DNA of 64,000 nucleotides from an uncultured Bacillota bacterium (GTDB lineage: Bacteria > Bacillota_I > Bacilli_A > RF39 > UBA660). This document shows positions 19,872 through 29,653 of this stretch, in pieces. The translations under genes were made by a program, and so were the position numbers. The stretch is taken from positions 272 through 64,271 of the forward strand of contig CANSWR010000001.1 in the NCBI GenBank assembly GCA_947650795.1, in the 5' to 3' direction. Under the pieces are notes generated by a model. That model did not search any database. It was not told the origin of the DNA and was given only the letters and a program-made list of their open reading frames with translations. Every line of letters starts with the position of its first letter. Within the stretch, counting starts at the first letter, position 1.

Positions 19872-21554
19872 TTATCCTTTCTTCTTTTTTCGTGGTTTTA
19901 CTTCTTTTCTACGAGAAAACGGTGGTTTCTCATATACAAATTCTGTCTTAGGAATAACATTAAACTTATATGTTATTTCTATTTTTCTATCATTATCTAT
20001 GATTATTTTTTCTATTAACATATCATATATTTCTTTATTTGATTTTTTTAAATCTAATAGTTCCTTTATCTTTTTTGTGTAATCTGGAATAACATTTGGT
20101 TTATTTTTAATTTGATATTTTTCTATCTGCTTTTGTTGAATAAATTCATTAATTTTTTTTAGCTTTTCATCACATTCTTTTGAAAGCTCTTTATACATTT
20201 CAGCAGATATAATATCGTTGCATCTATCTTCATAGAGAATGGATAATTTTTTTGTTATCTTGTTTTTTTCTGTTTCATATTGAGTTATTACTTTATCAAT
20301 TTCATTAGTATTTTTATTGATTCTTTTAGCTACTTCATCATTTAACTTCTTAATATTTAATTTTTTTATATAAATATTAATATCATTATTTATTTTTTCA
20401 ATCAGTTGTTTTTCTAAATGCTCATAAGGGAAATAATGAGTTCCGCATCTTTGTCTGACAGGATCTCTAGAATATCTATTACAATTAACACTCCAAACAT
20501 CCGTTTTTTTATGATATTGAACAGATAATCTATTCCCACATTCTTTACAAAAAAGCATTCCTTCAAACATTCTTATTTCTCTATCTAATTTAGCTTTGCA
20601 TATTCTTGTATGACTTTTTTTAATATTTATACAATATTCAAAAGTTTCTTTATCTACTAATGCCTCATGTGTGTCCTCAACAACTAACCAAAGTCTTTTA
20701 TCTAGTGTTACTTTTTTCTTTGACTTATAATTAACCTTTGCTTGGGTATGCTGTATCATATCTCCTGTATAAATCCTATTATCTAATATTTTCCTTACAG
20801 TAGATATATTCCACTTAGTTGCATCAATTAATCTTGATGAATATGCTGTTCCTTTATATGCACTAGGTGTTGGCACTCCTTCATCATTTAATCTAGTTGC
20901 TATTTCAGAAGGACCTATTCCGTCAACTCTCCACTTAAATATTTTTTTTACTATTGGAGCTGTTTCAGGATTAGGAATGAGATGTCCTTTATCATCAGGA
21001 TCTCTCATATATCCATAACTTGGTAAACTACCAACAAATTTTCCCTTTTGCCTTTTTTCATTTAAAACATTTCTTATTTTTATTGAATTTTGTTTACTAT
21101 AATAATCATTACATGCAATTATGAAAGTTGATGAATCATTACTTGCCTGATTTTTAAAACTGTCATAAGATTCTAATATTGAAATAAATCTAATTTGATT
21201 TTCAGGAAAAAATGTTTCAATATAATATCCTGTCATAACATGATCTCTACCTAGTCTAGATAAATCTTTTACAACAACACAATTTATTTTCTTATTTTTT
21301 ATATCTTCCATCATTTTTTGGAAACCAGGTCTGTCAAAATCAGTTCCAGAAAAACCATCATCAACATATTCATTTACCAAATTAAAATTATGATTTTTAA
21401 CATAATCTCTTAATAATTCTTTTTGATTAGCAACACTTTCACTATCAGATTCATATTTTTTGTCTTTGTCTCTATCTTCCTGAGATAATCTTATATATAT
21501 CCCTACATTAAATTCAACATCAGTTAAGTAATTATTATTCATCTTTACCTCCAT
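19872..21554 (-). CDS. Large serine recombinase (resolvase/invertase N-terminal catalytic domain + recombinase domain + zinc ribbon + coiled coil)
   Basis: Catalytic Ser motif GIYIRLSQEDRD. DDGFSGTDFDRPGFQKMM and LSRLGRD motifs. Zn-ribbon CKECGN...CNRYSRDPVRQRCGTHY. 560 aa. Confidence 0.85.
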   Translation of the reverse strand: MEVKMNNNYLTDVEFNVGIYIRLSQEDRDKDKKYESDSESVANQKELLRDYVKNHNFNLVNEYVDDGFSGTDFDRPGFQKMMEDIKNKKINCVVVKDLSRLGRDHVMTGYYIETFFPENQIRFISILESYDSFKNQASNDSSTFIIACNDYYSKQNSIKIRNVLNEKRQKGKFVGSLPSYGYMRDPDDKGHLIPNPETAPIVKKIFKWRVDGIGPSEIATRLNDEGVPTPSAYKGTAYSSRLIDATKWNISTVRKILDNRIYTGDMIQHTQAKVNYKSKKKVTLDKRLWLVVEDTHEALVDKETFEYCINIKKSHTRICKAKLDREIRMFEGMLFCKECGNRLSVQYHKKTDVWSVNCNRYSRDPVRQRCGTHYFPYEHLEKQLIEKINNDINIYIKKLNIKKLNDEVAKRINKNTNEIDKVITQYETEKNKITKKLSILYEDRCNDIISAEMYKELSKECDEKLKKINEFIQQKQIEKYQIKNKPNVIPDYTKKIKELLDLKKSNKEIYDMLIEKIIIDNDRKIEITYKFNVIPKTEFVYEKPPFSRRKEVKPRKKKKG

Positions 21555-21798
21555 TCCTAATTACTTGACCAATAATTAAGACAAGTGAATAATAACACTA
21601 TATTAGAATTTAAACAAAACTGCGACATAACTTTAACTGGTATTTTTATCACCTAAAATTTTTTCTATAAGATATCTCAAAATTAAATCTTCAAAAGATA
21701 TTTTTTTATCATCATTCATATCTTTCACCATTATAAGATTATGCTACAAATACAATATTATTTATAGAATATCTATCCTTTCGTTAAGTGTTTCTAAT

Positions 21799-21912
21799 CT
21801 ATTTTTCTAAAATTGAATCATTCATTTCATCAGAACACGATGCAACTTTGCAACAACAAAAAAGAAATAACATTACAAATGCTATTCCCAAAATTATTAA
21901 TACAGATAACAT
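21799..21912 (-). CDS. Small hydrophobic peptide (37 aa) with CCC motif, translationally coupled (TAATG) to the upstream 75-aa gene
   Basis: Manual translation: MLSVLIILGIAFVMLFLFCCCKVASCSDEMNDSILEK. One TM helix. Its ATG overlaps the stop of ORF 21912-22139. Confidence 0.25.
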   Translation of the reverse strand: MLSVLIILGIAFVMLFLFCCCKVASCSDEMNDSILEK

Positions 21913-22139
21913 TAATTCACCTTCTCTTCTTTTTTAGATTCGTAATCCATTATTTCTAATTTAATATCAAAATCTCCATCTTTAAATAGGGATGATAAAC
22001 CAGTATGTTTCTCCAATTCAATCATTAATGCATCTTTAATAATAGTCCTAACTCTTTTGTCTACATCAAATTTATTAGTACCAGATTGTAACCCTGTACC
22101 TTCCAATATTAATTTATATTTTATTTTATATTCTCTCAT
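21912..22139 (-). CDS. Small hypothetical protein next to the recombinase (possible recombination directionality factor or small regulator)
   Basis: 75-aa charged ORF; role inferred from position only. Confidence 0.25.
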   Translation of the reverse strand: MREYKIKYKLILEGTGLQSGTNKFDVDKRVRTIIKDALMIELEKHTGLSSLFKDGDFDIKLEIMDYESKKEEKVN

Positions 22140-22219
22140 AATTTAACCACAAAAAAAACACATGTATCCTATGTGTTTGATTTCCTTTCATAATTTAAAT
22201 TTGACTTTTTCCAATTTTA

Positions 22220-22678
22220 TCATATATCTTTGTTAAGGATGGCCATGTTAAGTGCTAAAGCAAATTTAATAATACAACTTTTCTTAATGTGCTTTAAAGT
22301 CTTATCTGCACATTGAAGTTGTTCTTCCATTACAAGTTCTGTATTTCCCATAAAGAAGATTCCCTTAAAAAAGTGTTGTTCTTCCATTGTTAGATTATCC
22401 AGAACACTTAATATTATATTTAAATATTCTAGAAAATCCTCTTCTTTTTCTATTTTCTTTAAAACATATCTCTCTACTGGTGAAGAGGTAAATCCAGATG
22501 ACTGCACTTTAATCTCACTAAGATGAGATGTAATACTAGGTGGAAGTACACTAATGTATCTGAAATAATTTTCTTCAAATACTTCCATAAATTCATTTAC
22601 CTTCGATCTTGTTTTTTGATAATCATATTTTTTAATTACTTCATTGCTCAATAATTTCATAATGCCCTCCATAATCAA
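22220..22678 (-). CDS. ArpU/sigma-like phage-type transcriptional regulator
   Basis: Size, helical content and the C-terminal HTH-like segment (EEQLQCADKTLKHIKKSCIIKFALAL) resemble the ArpU family found in Tn916-type elements. Weak. Confidence 0.4.
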   Translation of the reverse strand: MIMEGIMKLLSNEVIKKYDYQKTRSKVNEFMEVFEENYFRYISVLPPSITSHLSEIKVQSSGFTSSPVERYVLKKIEKEEDFLEYLNIILSVLDNLTMEEQHFFKGIFFMGNTELVMEEQLQCADKTLKHIKKSCIIKFALALNMAILNKDI

Positions 22679-22696
22679 AAAAGAAGAGAATAAAAG

Positions 22697-22912
22697 CTAT
22701 TTACTGCGATTACTTCTCTTCTTATAGTTATTTAGATTTAGGGGTGCTTTATCCTTATGAACATATTCATCCAAAAACATAATGATATGTTTGTTGAAAA
22801 CAATTTGCACCATAAGAATCATCCCCAAATCTCTAAACAAAACCATTAAATTGTTATTTATTATATATTTTTTTGGGAAAAAGTCAATAACATTTAATGC
22901 AAAATAAAACAA
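22697..22912 (-). CDS. Hypothetical small protein
   Basis: ORF only. Confidence 0.2.
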   Translation of the reverse strand: MFYFALNVIDFFPKKYIINNNLMVLFRDLGMILMVQIVFNKHIIMFLDEYVHKDKAPLNLNNYKKRSNRSK

Positions 22913-23012
22913 TCAGCAGCTCTCTTTTGCTAATTGTTTCATTTTACTATATTTTATCATCTTGACTTTATTATTCAAGGGTATTTTTGGGGGTAAATTT
23001 GGGGGTACTTTT

Positions 23013-23327
23013 TTAAATTGTACTTTTACATCTATTTACTATATTTTCAGGAGTATTATTTTTAATAAAATCTACTAACTCTTCATAGTAATTAGTAGCA
23101 TCTATAACATTTTTATATTTTTCTAATAGTAGTGGACTTGCAATCAAATCTTTATCTTTTATATATAAATAAACTTCATAATTATTTGAATCAGTACACT
23201 CATTAAGCATTACACCAATGAAACCCTCCATGAAAGTATTTTGTGATGTCTTAAATATCGTTTTATCTTCTTTGATATTACTAATACAATATTTTTGTAA
23301 GTCTCGGATTATTTCTGATATATTCAT
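23013..23327 (-). CDS. Hypothetical protein
   Basis: 104-aa ORF; no motif. Confidence 0.3.
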   Translation of the reverse strand: MNISEIIRDLQKYCISNIKEDKTIFKTSQNTFMEGFIGVMLNECTDSNNYEVYLYIKDKDLIASPLLLEKYKNVIDATNYYEELVDFIKNNTPENIVNRCKSTI

Positions 23328-23445
23328 TTGAACCTCCCATTAACTAAGTAAATAGTATTATAACAAAATAACAATTTTAATCAATCCCAAATACCTAATT
23401 ATTTCTTCATAATTATATTATAGCTTTTTTTCAAAATTATGTATA

Positions 23446-24153
23446 TTATTTTACATATTTTAATATACCTTTATTTTTATAATATGAATCTATTAACATT
23501 TCATAATGTATTTTCATTTCATTTATTACATGATAATACACTTCTAAAGGATTTTTATCTTTATTTTTTCTTTGAAATTTTTTAAGATTTAAATGAAAAT
23601 TTTGAAATAAATATAAAGTAGAAAAATTATTAATGTTAGTCCATAAAAGACTTTTTAAAAATTTCATTATAGATTCTAAATCATCATTATTATCAAGATC
23701 TATACTTTGTAAATTTTTTATAAATGGTTTAAATAAGACCCTATCATCTATAAAAAGAATTGTTTCATAAAAATTATTAACTATTGCTTTGTCCATACTA
23801 TTAATAAAATATTGCATATTGTTATTATCTCCCCAATATTTCTTACATAATAGAAATTCTGGAACTTGATTCTCAAGAATAAATTCCAACATTAAATCTT
23901 TATGACATATTGTAGGAAATTTTGAATCAAAATAATAAATAAAATTATTTAGCATATCAATGAATTGTTCATTTCCTGTTAGGTAACCTTTTTTGACTAA
24001 AGAAGTTATAATGGTAGGTGTTTTTTCATCCGTAATTAGTTCTATTGCTTTATCTAATATATTTTTATTAATTAATTGATATATTCTTCCACCATTATCC
24101 GATTTTTTTAATGCTAATTTCTTTAATTGTTCCTTTCTTACATTATTCTTCAT
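23446..24153 (-). CDS. Hypothetical protein
   Basis: 235-aa ORF, divergent from the XRE regulator. Confidence 0.35.
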   Translation of the reverse strand: MKNNVRKEQLKKLALKKSDNGGRIYQLINKNILDKAIELITDEKTPTIITSLVKKGYLTGNEQFIDMLNNFIYYFDSKFPTICHKDLMLEFILENQVPEFLLCKKYWGDNNNMQYFINSMDKAIVNNFYETILFIDDRVLFKPFIKNLQSIDLDNNDDLESIMKFLKSLLWTNINNFSTLYLFQNFHLNLKKFQRKNKDKNPLEVYYHVINEMKIHYEMLIDSYYKNKGILKYVK

Positions 24154-24243
24154 TTAAATCACCTGTTGAATATCATTATAACACAGTTTTACCAAATGAC
24201 CCATAGTTTTGCGAATATTATTCGTTTTAATGGGAAAATTATA

Positions 24244-24678
24244 ATGGTGAAAGATATGAATGACAACAATTTAAAATTTTGTAGAGAAGAACTGGAAATG
24301 ACACAATCAGAACTTGGTCTTGTCTTTGGAGTTACTGGATCAACTGTTGCCGGTTGGGAAAATTCACATGATACTATGCCTCTTTCTAAATTAATAAAGT
24401 TCTCTAATTTATACCATTATTCACTTGATTATGTAACAGGATTATCTAGGGAAAATAATTACTACAAGATTGATAAATTAGATAAAAAGAAAATAGGTTG
24501 TAAATTAAAAGAAATAAGAAATAATTTAGGATTAACACAACAAGAGATTGCTGATGAGTGCATGATATCTCAAACAACATATAGTAATTATGAAACAGGA
24601 CAATATCTAGTTAGTTCGTTAGTTTTATATACAATATGTGTTAAACATAATTTATCATTTTATGACATATTAAAATAA
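24244..24678 (+). CDS. Tandem XRE-family HTH regulator (two HTH_3 domains)
   Basis: Two HTH signatures: MTQSELGLVFGVTGSTVAGWENS and LTQQEIADECMISQTTYSNYETGQ. Likely start at MVKDMNDNN or MNDNN (GGTGAAAG RBS); the track ORF starts earlier, at 24127. It is the only plus-strand gene in the ICE, divergent from 23446-24153 and convergent on the defence operon. Confidence 0.6.
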   Translation: MVKDMNDNNLKFCREELEMTQSELGLVFGVTGSTVAGWENSHDTMPLSKLIKFSNLYHYSLDYVTGLSRENNYYKIDKLDKKKIGCKLKEIRNNLGLTQQEIADECMISQTTYSNYETGQYLVSSLVLYTICVKHNLSFYDILK

Positions 24679-24696
24679 AGGCTCACCCTTTATTTT

Positions 24697-25242
24697 TTAA
24701 TTGTTCATACAAAGATTTAATATATCTTCTTCTGAGATTTCTTTATTGTATCTATCATTATATTCTGATATAAAATTGTAAATATTATTAATATAATCAT
24801 CTATTGTAGTAGCATCCTTTAATAATTTTTCTTCTAATATTTCAATACCACCTAAAACATATTGTTCAAATATTTTATTGCATTCCTCTTTTTCTTCGGT
24901 TCCAGCATTATATCTAAATGCATTATCTAATCTATCCTCAATAGATAATTTATCCTTATTGTGAAGTAACATAATTAATTCATAATTAAAATTAAGTGTT
25001 TTAGATTCGCGGTTCATTTGATCAAAATTAATCTTTTTAACATTATCAGTTGCAGGTCCTTCATCATCTCTCTTGGACATTCTTCCATATAAATAACCGA
25101 CAATAGGAGCAATTATAAGAACATCAATATTTCTTTCAAATAATTTAAATTTTGTATCACTATCTATTTCAGTAGTTAACTGTGTAACAATATTAGCGTG
25201 TTTACCTTTAAAATTATAGTCACGTTCAAACATATTACTCAC
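24697..25242 (-). CDS. Hypothetical 181-aa protein, translationally coupled partner of the SMC-like ATPase (last gene of the cargo operon)
   Basis: Start overlaps the stop of 25235-27256 by 8 nt. No recognised motif. Confidence 0.4.
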   Translation of the reverse strand: MSNMFERDYNFKGKHANIVTQLTTEIDSDTKFKLFERNIDVLIIAPIVGYLYGRMSKRDDEGPATDNVKKINFDQMNRESKTLNFNYELIMLLHNKDKLSIEDRLDNAFRYNAGTEEKEECNKIFEQYVLGGIEILEEKLLKDATTIDDYINNIYNFISEYNDRYNKEISEEDILNLCMNN

Positions 25243-27256
25243 CTACCTTTGTAATTTTACTATCAACAGGATATTCCTTATCTCTTAATGATACTTCATA
25301 TTCTATACCAATCTTAGATTGCATTTCTTTCTTTGCAATATTACCATCAGAATCTTTTATAAAGATTATTACTTGCCTGGCAATATTTGGAATAACCTCA
25401 CATATATTTTTTATTCTTCTTTGGTCGAAAGATGAAAGTGGAGCATCCATAACTAATGGATATTCATCTGTAACAATACTAGATTCTTCTGTCTTATCAT
25501 TTACTTTTTGTTTAGCTAAATTAATAACTCCAACAATGAATGCAAATATAATTGAATAACTCTTTGCAGTATTTGCATCAATATTTGCACTATTATCTTG
25601 AAGTTCATTTACATATGAAGTTATTTTATACTTTTCATCAATATTAATCGTCATACCACCAGCATATATTTGTTTAAATAAATCGTTAATTTGATCTTCA
25701 AGTTTTTCTCTTGTTTTAGCCTCTTCAAAATCATATGTTTGTTTAAACTTATTATAAGCTGCTCTTGCATATAAGATTTGTTCTTCAATTGATTTATTCT
25801 TTTCAATCTTCATTTGCAATCTACTTATTTCAGCTTCGGCATCTTGTTTTTCTTTTTCTAACACACCATTTTGAATTTCTAATCTCTTAAGTTGATCTCT
25901 TAAATCTTTAACTGTATTTTCCATATCATTTTGTCTACTCTTAAGATCTTTAACTTTAGTATTAGATGATTTTAGAATTGATTTATCTATCTCACCTATT
26001 TGATGCTCGATTTCTTCAATTTTATTACTACATCCTCTAATTGTACTTAAAAGAGATTCGATATTAGAAAAATAATTATCACTACTTTTAACTAGCATTC
26101 CAGCCCTATCTTGGAATTGACTTATTGCACTACCTAATGATTGAGGAGGAATATATTTTAATAATTGCATTAATTCTTGAACAGCATCAGATGTAGGATC
26201 AGACAAATCGCATCCACAAATACATTTTTTTCTATTCATTAAGTATTTAATAGTTTCATCTCTAACAGATGGTATACCTTTATCTACATTATCAGTATTT
26301 TTTAATTCTATTAATGCATCATTAATTAACTTTCTAGACATAAAACTAAATGTCTGTTTAGTGAAATTACTCATTAATGTTGTAATTGTGTTATTTTTAT
26401 GATTAATCTCCATTTGAAGATTTGCATTTAATTGATTTAATTCTTGTTGTAGCTTTTCCGCTTCAGCAAATGATAAAATCTCTGCTTTAGCTTTTTCTAT
26501 TTCTTTATCATAATATGATAATTCATCTTCCATTTTATCAATTTGTTCAGAATTCTTATCAATTTTATCGGAATTTGTATATATTATTTCTCTTAATCTT
26601 CTAGTTTCACTATCTCCAGCTGCATCTAATTGTGCATTATATTTACCTATAACACTATTTTTTACATTAGGATTTAAATGTTCAATAGCTTTAGTTAAAG
26701 CAGTTAAACCAAGTATATTTTGAACAGCTGTTTTAAACTCTTCACTTTTACCGCTATTAACTTCTCCAGCCATTTTTTCAATTCTTTCACCATCAAAGAA
26801 GAAATATTTTGATAATGATTCTGGTAAAATATTAGCTATTGTAGACAAGTTCTTGATTGGATTAACTATTACTGTTTGTCCATCTGGTTGTTTTTGATAT
26901 ATTTCTAAAACTGGATTTTCAGGTTTAACATTTCCACTTGTATCTTTTTTATATGTTTGTTTACGTATTATAGTATAATCAACTTCATTGTGTTCTAATT
27001 CTAATTTTGCGAATACATTTTGTTCAGTTCCACCCATCATCTCTTTTTCAACAACACTATTTAACACAGATTTATTTTTAAATCCATCTGTTTTAGAATA
27101 TAAAACCCATTGAAAAGCTTGAGCTAATGTAGTTTTTCCTGCTCCATTTTCGGCCATAACAAGTGTTATATTTTTTTCCTTATCAGTAGAGAATTCAATA
27201 ACATGTTCACCTTTAAATGGTCTAAAATTAGTTAAAGTTAATTTTTTTAGCAACAT
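25235..27256 (-). CDS. DndD-like SMC/RecF-type ABC ATPase with long coiled coil
   Basis: N-terminal Walker A LVMAENGAGKTTLAQAF. A ~300-aa coiled-coil middle. C-terminal Walker B/D-loop YPLVMDAPLSSFDQRR, matching the DndD/PtuA-like pattern (hhhhD-x-P-L-x-x-x-D). Confidence 0.7.
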   Translation of the reverse strand: MLLKKLTLTNFRPFKGEHVIEFSTDKEKNITLVMAENGAGKTTLAQAFQWVLYSKTDGFKNKSVLNSVVEKEMMGGTEQNVFAKLELEHNEVDYTIIRKQTYKKDTSGNVKPENPVLEIYQKQPDGQTVIVNPIKNLSTIANILPESLSKYFFFDGERIEKMAGEVNSGKSEEFKTAVQNILGLTALTKAIEHLNPNVKNSVIGKYNAQLDAAGDSETRRLREIIYTNSDKIDKNSEQIDKMEDELSYYDKEIEKAKAEILSFAEAEKLQQELNQLNANLQMEINHKNNTITTLMSNFTKQTFSFMSRKLINDALIELKNTDNVDKGIPSVRDETIKYLMNRKKCICGCDLSDPTSDAVQELMQLLKYIPPQSLGSAISQFQDRAGMLVKSSDNYFSNIESLLSTIRGCSNKIEEIEHQIGEIDKSILKSSNTKVKDLKSRQNDMENTVKDLRDQLKRLEIQNGVLEKEKQDAEAEISRLQMKIEKNKSIEEQILYARAAYNKFKQTYDFEEAKTREKLEDQINDLFKQIYAGGMTINIDEKYKITSYVNELQDNSANIDANTAKSYSIIFAFIVGVINLAKQKVNDKTEESSIVTDEYPLVMDAPLSSFDQRRIKNICEVIPNIARQVIIFIKDSDGNIAKKEMQSKIGIEYEVSLRDKEYPVDSKITKVGE

Positions 27257-27453
27257 TTTATTTCCTCCTCTATGATTTTTTCAATTTTCTTCTTCATATC
27301 TTCATCATTTAATTCTCTAGTTTTAACATTATTGTTTTCTAAAGTTATAATGGTTCTTACAATTCTAGTTAACTTTTGGTTATCAATCATACTTTGTTGT
27401 TCAAAATTTTGATTTGATGATTGAGTTTCAGTTTTAACTTCTTCATTATTCAT
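27247..27453 (-). CDS. Small 68-aa protein overlapping both neighbours (operon linker protein)
   Basis: Overlaps the upstream stop by 8 nt and the downstream start by 10 nt. Acidic, ends in CC. Confidence 0.3.
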   Translation of the reverse strand: MNNEEVKTETQSSNQNFEQQSMIDNQKLTRIVRTIITLENNNVKTRELNDEDMKKKIEKIIEEEIKCC

Positions 27454-29641
27454 AATAGTTTACCTCCATATCCATTTCTTCTTCATCGTTATCATCCTCA
27501 TTTAATCTATAAGTATCAGTTAGCTCATATATTAACTTATCAGATTCCATTTTACTCATAGCTAATCTATTAAATTCAATCATACGATTAACTTCATTTC
27601 TTACCATTGACTTTTCACATTTTATTTCGTCATATGTTAAATTAATAGCTTCATCTAAAGGTCTTGGTAAAGTTATGAAATCATATATTATTGCAAATTC
27701 TTTTCCTGGATATTTTCTTAATACTCTACCTCGCCTTTGAATATATTCTTTTGGATTAGTTGTACTTGCTAAAATAAATGCCGTTTTTATAGCAGGAATA
27801 TTAACACCTTCATCTAAACATTTTATTGCAATTAACGCTTGTAAATAATCTCCATCAAAGAATTTTCTTCTTAATAAATCTCTAGTATAACTATCTTCTT
27901 TTGATGTAAATTGTGCAACATTCATTTTTAATTCTTTTCCAAGTAATTCTGTTATAGCATCTATTTGTCTCATATCTTCGCCATTTTCATCTTGCTCTGC
28001 AATTTTAGTAGCACCACAATAAACCAAGATATGATTATCATCTTTATAAGGTTTAATTTCTCTAGCAAGTGCTGATACTTTATTAAATGCGCCTGCAACT
28101 AATCTTGATCTCTTTTGAGCAATTATTTTACCTTTATCGGATAATTTAGTTTTGCCATTCTTTTTTAATATACATTTTGCAATTTCTTTTGATAAACTGT
28201 GATATTCATCTAATTCTTCATCGGTTAAATATACTACAATTGGGTGATATTGATATGGGGTTAAGAATTTTTCTCCATTTTTTCCTTTAATAGCATCTTC
28301 TAACGTAAACTCAATACATTTTTCACCAAAATAATCTAAAAGTGCTTGTGTTCCTTCTTCATCTCCATGACGTTCTAATGTTGCTGAAAGAGCTAATCTA
28401 TAATTAAATTTATCAGTTAGAGTCTTTTTTAAGTTTTCGGCACCAAAATTATGTGCTTCATCAACTACTAATAAAACATTTCCTCTTATATTATTAATCT
28501 GTGATTGAATATAATCTGTAGCAAAAGTACCGTTAGTACAAACAAAACAAAAGAAATTTCTTACACCTAGATTATAATCCATTATTGCCATTTTAATTCT
28601 TTGTTTAAAATCTTTTTGTTCAGAAGAACTGTGTCCAATAATTGGGTGGATATTAAAATTAATAATATCTTCTACCCATTGATTTACTAAATGCTGATAT
28701 GGGCAAACAATTACAACTGCCAATTTACCTTTTAAATCTTTATATAATCTCGTTATTGCTCCTAACCCAGTAAAAGTTTTACCTGTTCCTGTTGCCATAT
28801 CAAATATACCACTATAATTATTATGACTCCAATTTTCTATAGCTTCTTTTTGATAATCATGTAATGTAACTCCAGCAGGTATTTCTGGTGAATTAGTAAC
28901 AGTTTTTAATTTTTCTATTGTTAAATCTATATGTTTAGTACTAAATTCTTTTTGATCTATTTCCCAATCTATACTATCCTTTCTATAAGATAATAATTTA
29001 TTTTTTACAACTGTAGGAAAATCAAAAATCATAGCACTAGCATCATCATTTTTCCATAATTTGTTAAATGCATTCTCTTTCATTGAAACTCTTTCAGGAT
29101 CGCTCCATGAAGTAAAAACATCAACGATTTCATAATTATTAATAAATGCATTTTCAGATTCGTTCATAGAACCAGAGAAAGCAACTACATTTCCTTCAGT
29201 ATCATACATTAAACCAAGTTTCTCATGATACAAACCTAATTTCTCATTTTTTAATGAAAAAGCAATTTTTATATCCAATTTCTCTTGTGCTATTAAATTA
29301 GCTAATAAATTCAATCTCTCTTCTTCAAAATAATTTTGTGGTTCTGTTATATATTGCATTAGAGCTCGTTCTACAATATCTTCTCTTGCTTCATATCCTT
29401 TATTAATTGCTTCAATATCTTCTTCCGATAAATGTGGTGAGGCAATCAATTGGATTTTTCCATTGTTGTTAATTAAGTGTGTTATTCCATATGATATTTC
29501 TAATAAAGATGATGATGAGAAAAATCCAACACTTCTTTTATATAAATTTGATTCTTTTAATAAAGGAATATAGAAATCATTTACTATATTATCTCTAGGA
29601 GATCTATATTCTTGTTTTAAATTAACATCTAATAAACTCAT
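27446..29641 (-). CDS. PLD-family (HKD) nuclease domain fused to an SF2 DEAH-type helicase
   Basis: N-terminal HKD motif LGLYHEKLGLMYDTEGNVVAFSGSMNESENAF (H-x-K-x4-D...GSxN). Helicase motif I FDMATGTGKTFTG, motif II LLVVDEAHNFG, and C-terminal motif VI-like QRRGRVLRK. Confidence 0.7.
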   Translation of the reverse strand: MSLLDVNLKQEYRSPRDNIVNDFYIPLLKESNLYKRSVGFFSSSSLLEISYGITHLINNNGKIQLIASPHLSEEDIEAINKGYEAREDIVERALMQYITEPQNYFEEERLNLLANLIAQEKLDIKIAFSLKNEKLGLYHEKLGLMYDTEGNVVAFSGSMNESENAFINNYEIVDVFTSWSDPERVSMKENAFNKLWKNDDASAMIFDFPTVVKNKLLSYRKDSIDWEIDQKEFSTKHIDLTIEKLKTVTNSPEIPAGVTLHDYQKEAIENWSHNNYSGIFDMATGTGKTFTGLGAITRLYKDLKGKLAVVIVCPYQHLVNQWVEDIINFNIHPIIGHSSSEQKDFKQRIKMAIMDYNLGVRNFFCFVCTNGTFATDYIQSQINNIRGNVLLVVDEAHNFGAENLKKTLTDKFNYRLALSATLERHGDEEGTQALLDYFGEKCIEFTLEDAIKGKNGEKFLTPYQYHPIVVYLTDEELDEYHSLSKEIAKCILKKNGKTKLSDKGKIIAQKRSRLVAGAFNKVSALAREIKPYKDDNHILVYCGATKIAEQDENGEDMRQIDAITELLGKELKMNVAQFTSKEDSYTRDLLRRKFFDGDYLQALIAIKCLDEGVNIPAIKTAFILASTTNPKEYIQRRGRVLRKYPGKEFAIIYDFITLPRPLDEAINLTYDEIKCEKSMVRNEVNRMIEFNRLAMSKMESDKLIYELTDTYRLNEDDNDEEEMDMEVNYYE

Positions 29642-29653
29642 TTGTTCACCACC

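Noticed and set aside
19815-20082. Two plus-strand ORFs (67 and 76 aa) at the ICE left end
   Set aside because: They overlap the serine recombinase gene and the att arm on the opposite strand and have F/Y-rich low-complexity translations. I treated them as spurious.
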